Below are positions 63,021-64,000 of a DNA stretch of 64,000 bases, piece by piece. Numbering within the stretch: the first letter of the stretch is position 1; every line of letters starts with the position of its first letter. The DNA comes from Fimbriosthenelais zetlandica (lineage: Eukaryota), in assembly GCA_977030845.1 (NCBI GenBank), contig OZ365118.1, positions 5,394,001-5,458,000 on the forward strand, written 5' to 3'. Under the pieces are notes generated by a model. It saw only the letters and a program-made list of their open reading frames with translations, was not told where the DNA came from and made no database searches. Position numbers and translations under genes: made by a program.

Positions 63021-64000
63021 TCCATGACACATTCAGTTTACATCCCTAAATTGTCTATGTTCGTATTGAGCAGCATAACAATATCGATATCAAAGACTCT
63101 TATTGAAATCAATCATATTGAAGACAACTTGAAAGGAATAGTCGCGGGAATTCAACAATTAAAATTGTTGGAAATAGAATCAAATTTCAAGATGGTGTGA
63201 TGAAGGGGGTAGGGGCATTGGCAATTATCCCTGATCAGAAAGTCAGAGAAAAGATTAAGAAGAATGGTCAATGATACAAGATCGTTATTCATATATGGTA
63301 CAGGAAAAACTACAAAAGTCCACCCATGTAATTGATAGCCCTATAGAAGCATCACTCATATAGGTATTACAAATCTTTAGTACATGGAACACAACAAAGA
63401 GATTAGAAGTCACTCATTCCAGAGGGCATTATTTAAATACCAAAGGGAATCGGTCAAAAATACAAAGGGAACACCAATGGTGTTTTTGCACTGATGGATG
63501 CTATATCAATCTTTGAACTGTATAAGAGTGTGCTGCACATACTCTGATGGGGCTAATATTTAGTCATTTCAACAAGCATAGTACATGCAAATGGCTTTCA
63601 AAGAGGGAGAACTATAGATGTTAAGGGACATGAAGTTAGTGTTGGCATGCGATCAGGCATGTTTTATAGTCCACCAATGTTACTACATCAATAGAGGATT
63701 TATAATTCATGGGACGCGACCAGAAGTGACTGACAAAAGACCTCTTATAGAAACATAAAGAAAGTATGTGGATAAAGTTAATGACGGAATACTGTGACAT
63801 ACTTGGTATACATGTACATGGATGTAGGGAGGCTACTTGAGTATGAAAATGGAGAAAATGTTAGTTTGGTGTGCAGAAATATATGAAAAATACAGATAAT
63901 GTGGCTGCGAAATATACCCATTGGCTGGGCTCGCTCTACTCGATCGCATTGTCGCAATTTGCGAATAAAAATGCTACTTTACTAAAAGAAAATGACTCTT

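Overview
AT-rich, intron-containing invertebrate-type genomic DNA with two assembly gaps (3192-3382, 42160-42475). The organism cannot be determined from the sequence alone. Three protein-coding units are supported. (1) A minus-strand SLC6 Na+/Cl- dependent amino-acid-type transporter with 11 phase-consistent GT-AG exons from ATG 6928 to 107, continuing off the left edge. (2) A plus-strand orphan ORF at 9416-9922 with a good upstream acceptor and a phase-compatible candidate first exon at 8281-8359. (3) A minus-strand TMEM272-like membrane protein with exons 27922-28087, 17459-17518, 17161-17267 and 15951-16289; its start exon is unresolved. I found no recognisable host exon in about 28.1-64 kb. 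That region holds MITE-like foldback elements, tRNA-derived SINE heads, mini/microsatellites and degenerate coding relics. The most unusual observation is that in two unrelated genes an intronic tandem array is built from the exon's own 3' splice site. There are 10 copies of a 58-bp acceptor+exon unit in the TMEM272-like gene and about 19 copies of a 22-bp acceptor-derived unit in SLC6; in the TMEM272-like array only the innermost AG keeps the reading frame. A second oddity is a 1.36-kb composite element that fuses a 211-bp-family MITE to a hairpin-array foldback element through a shared CCGG terminus.
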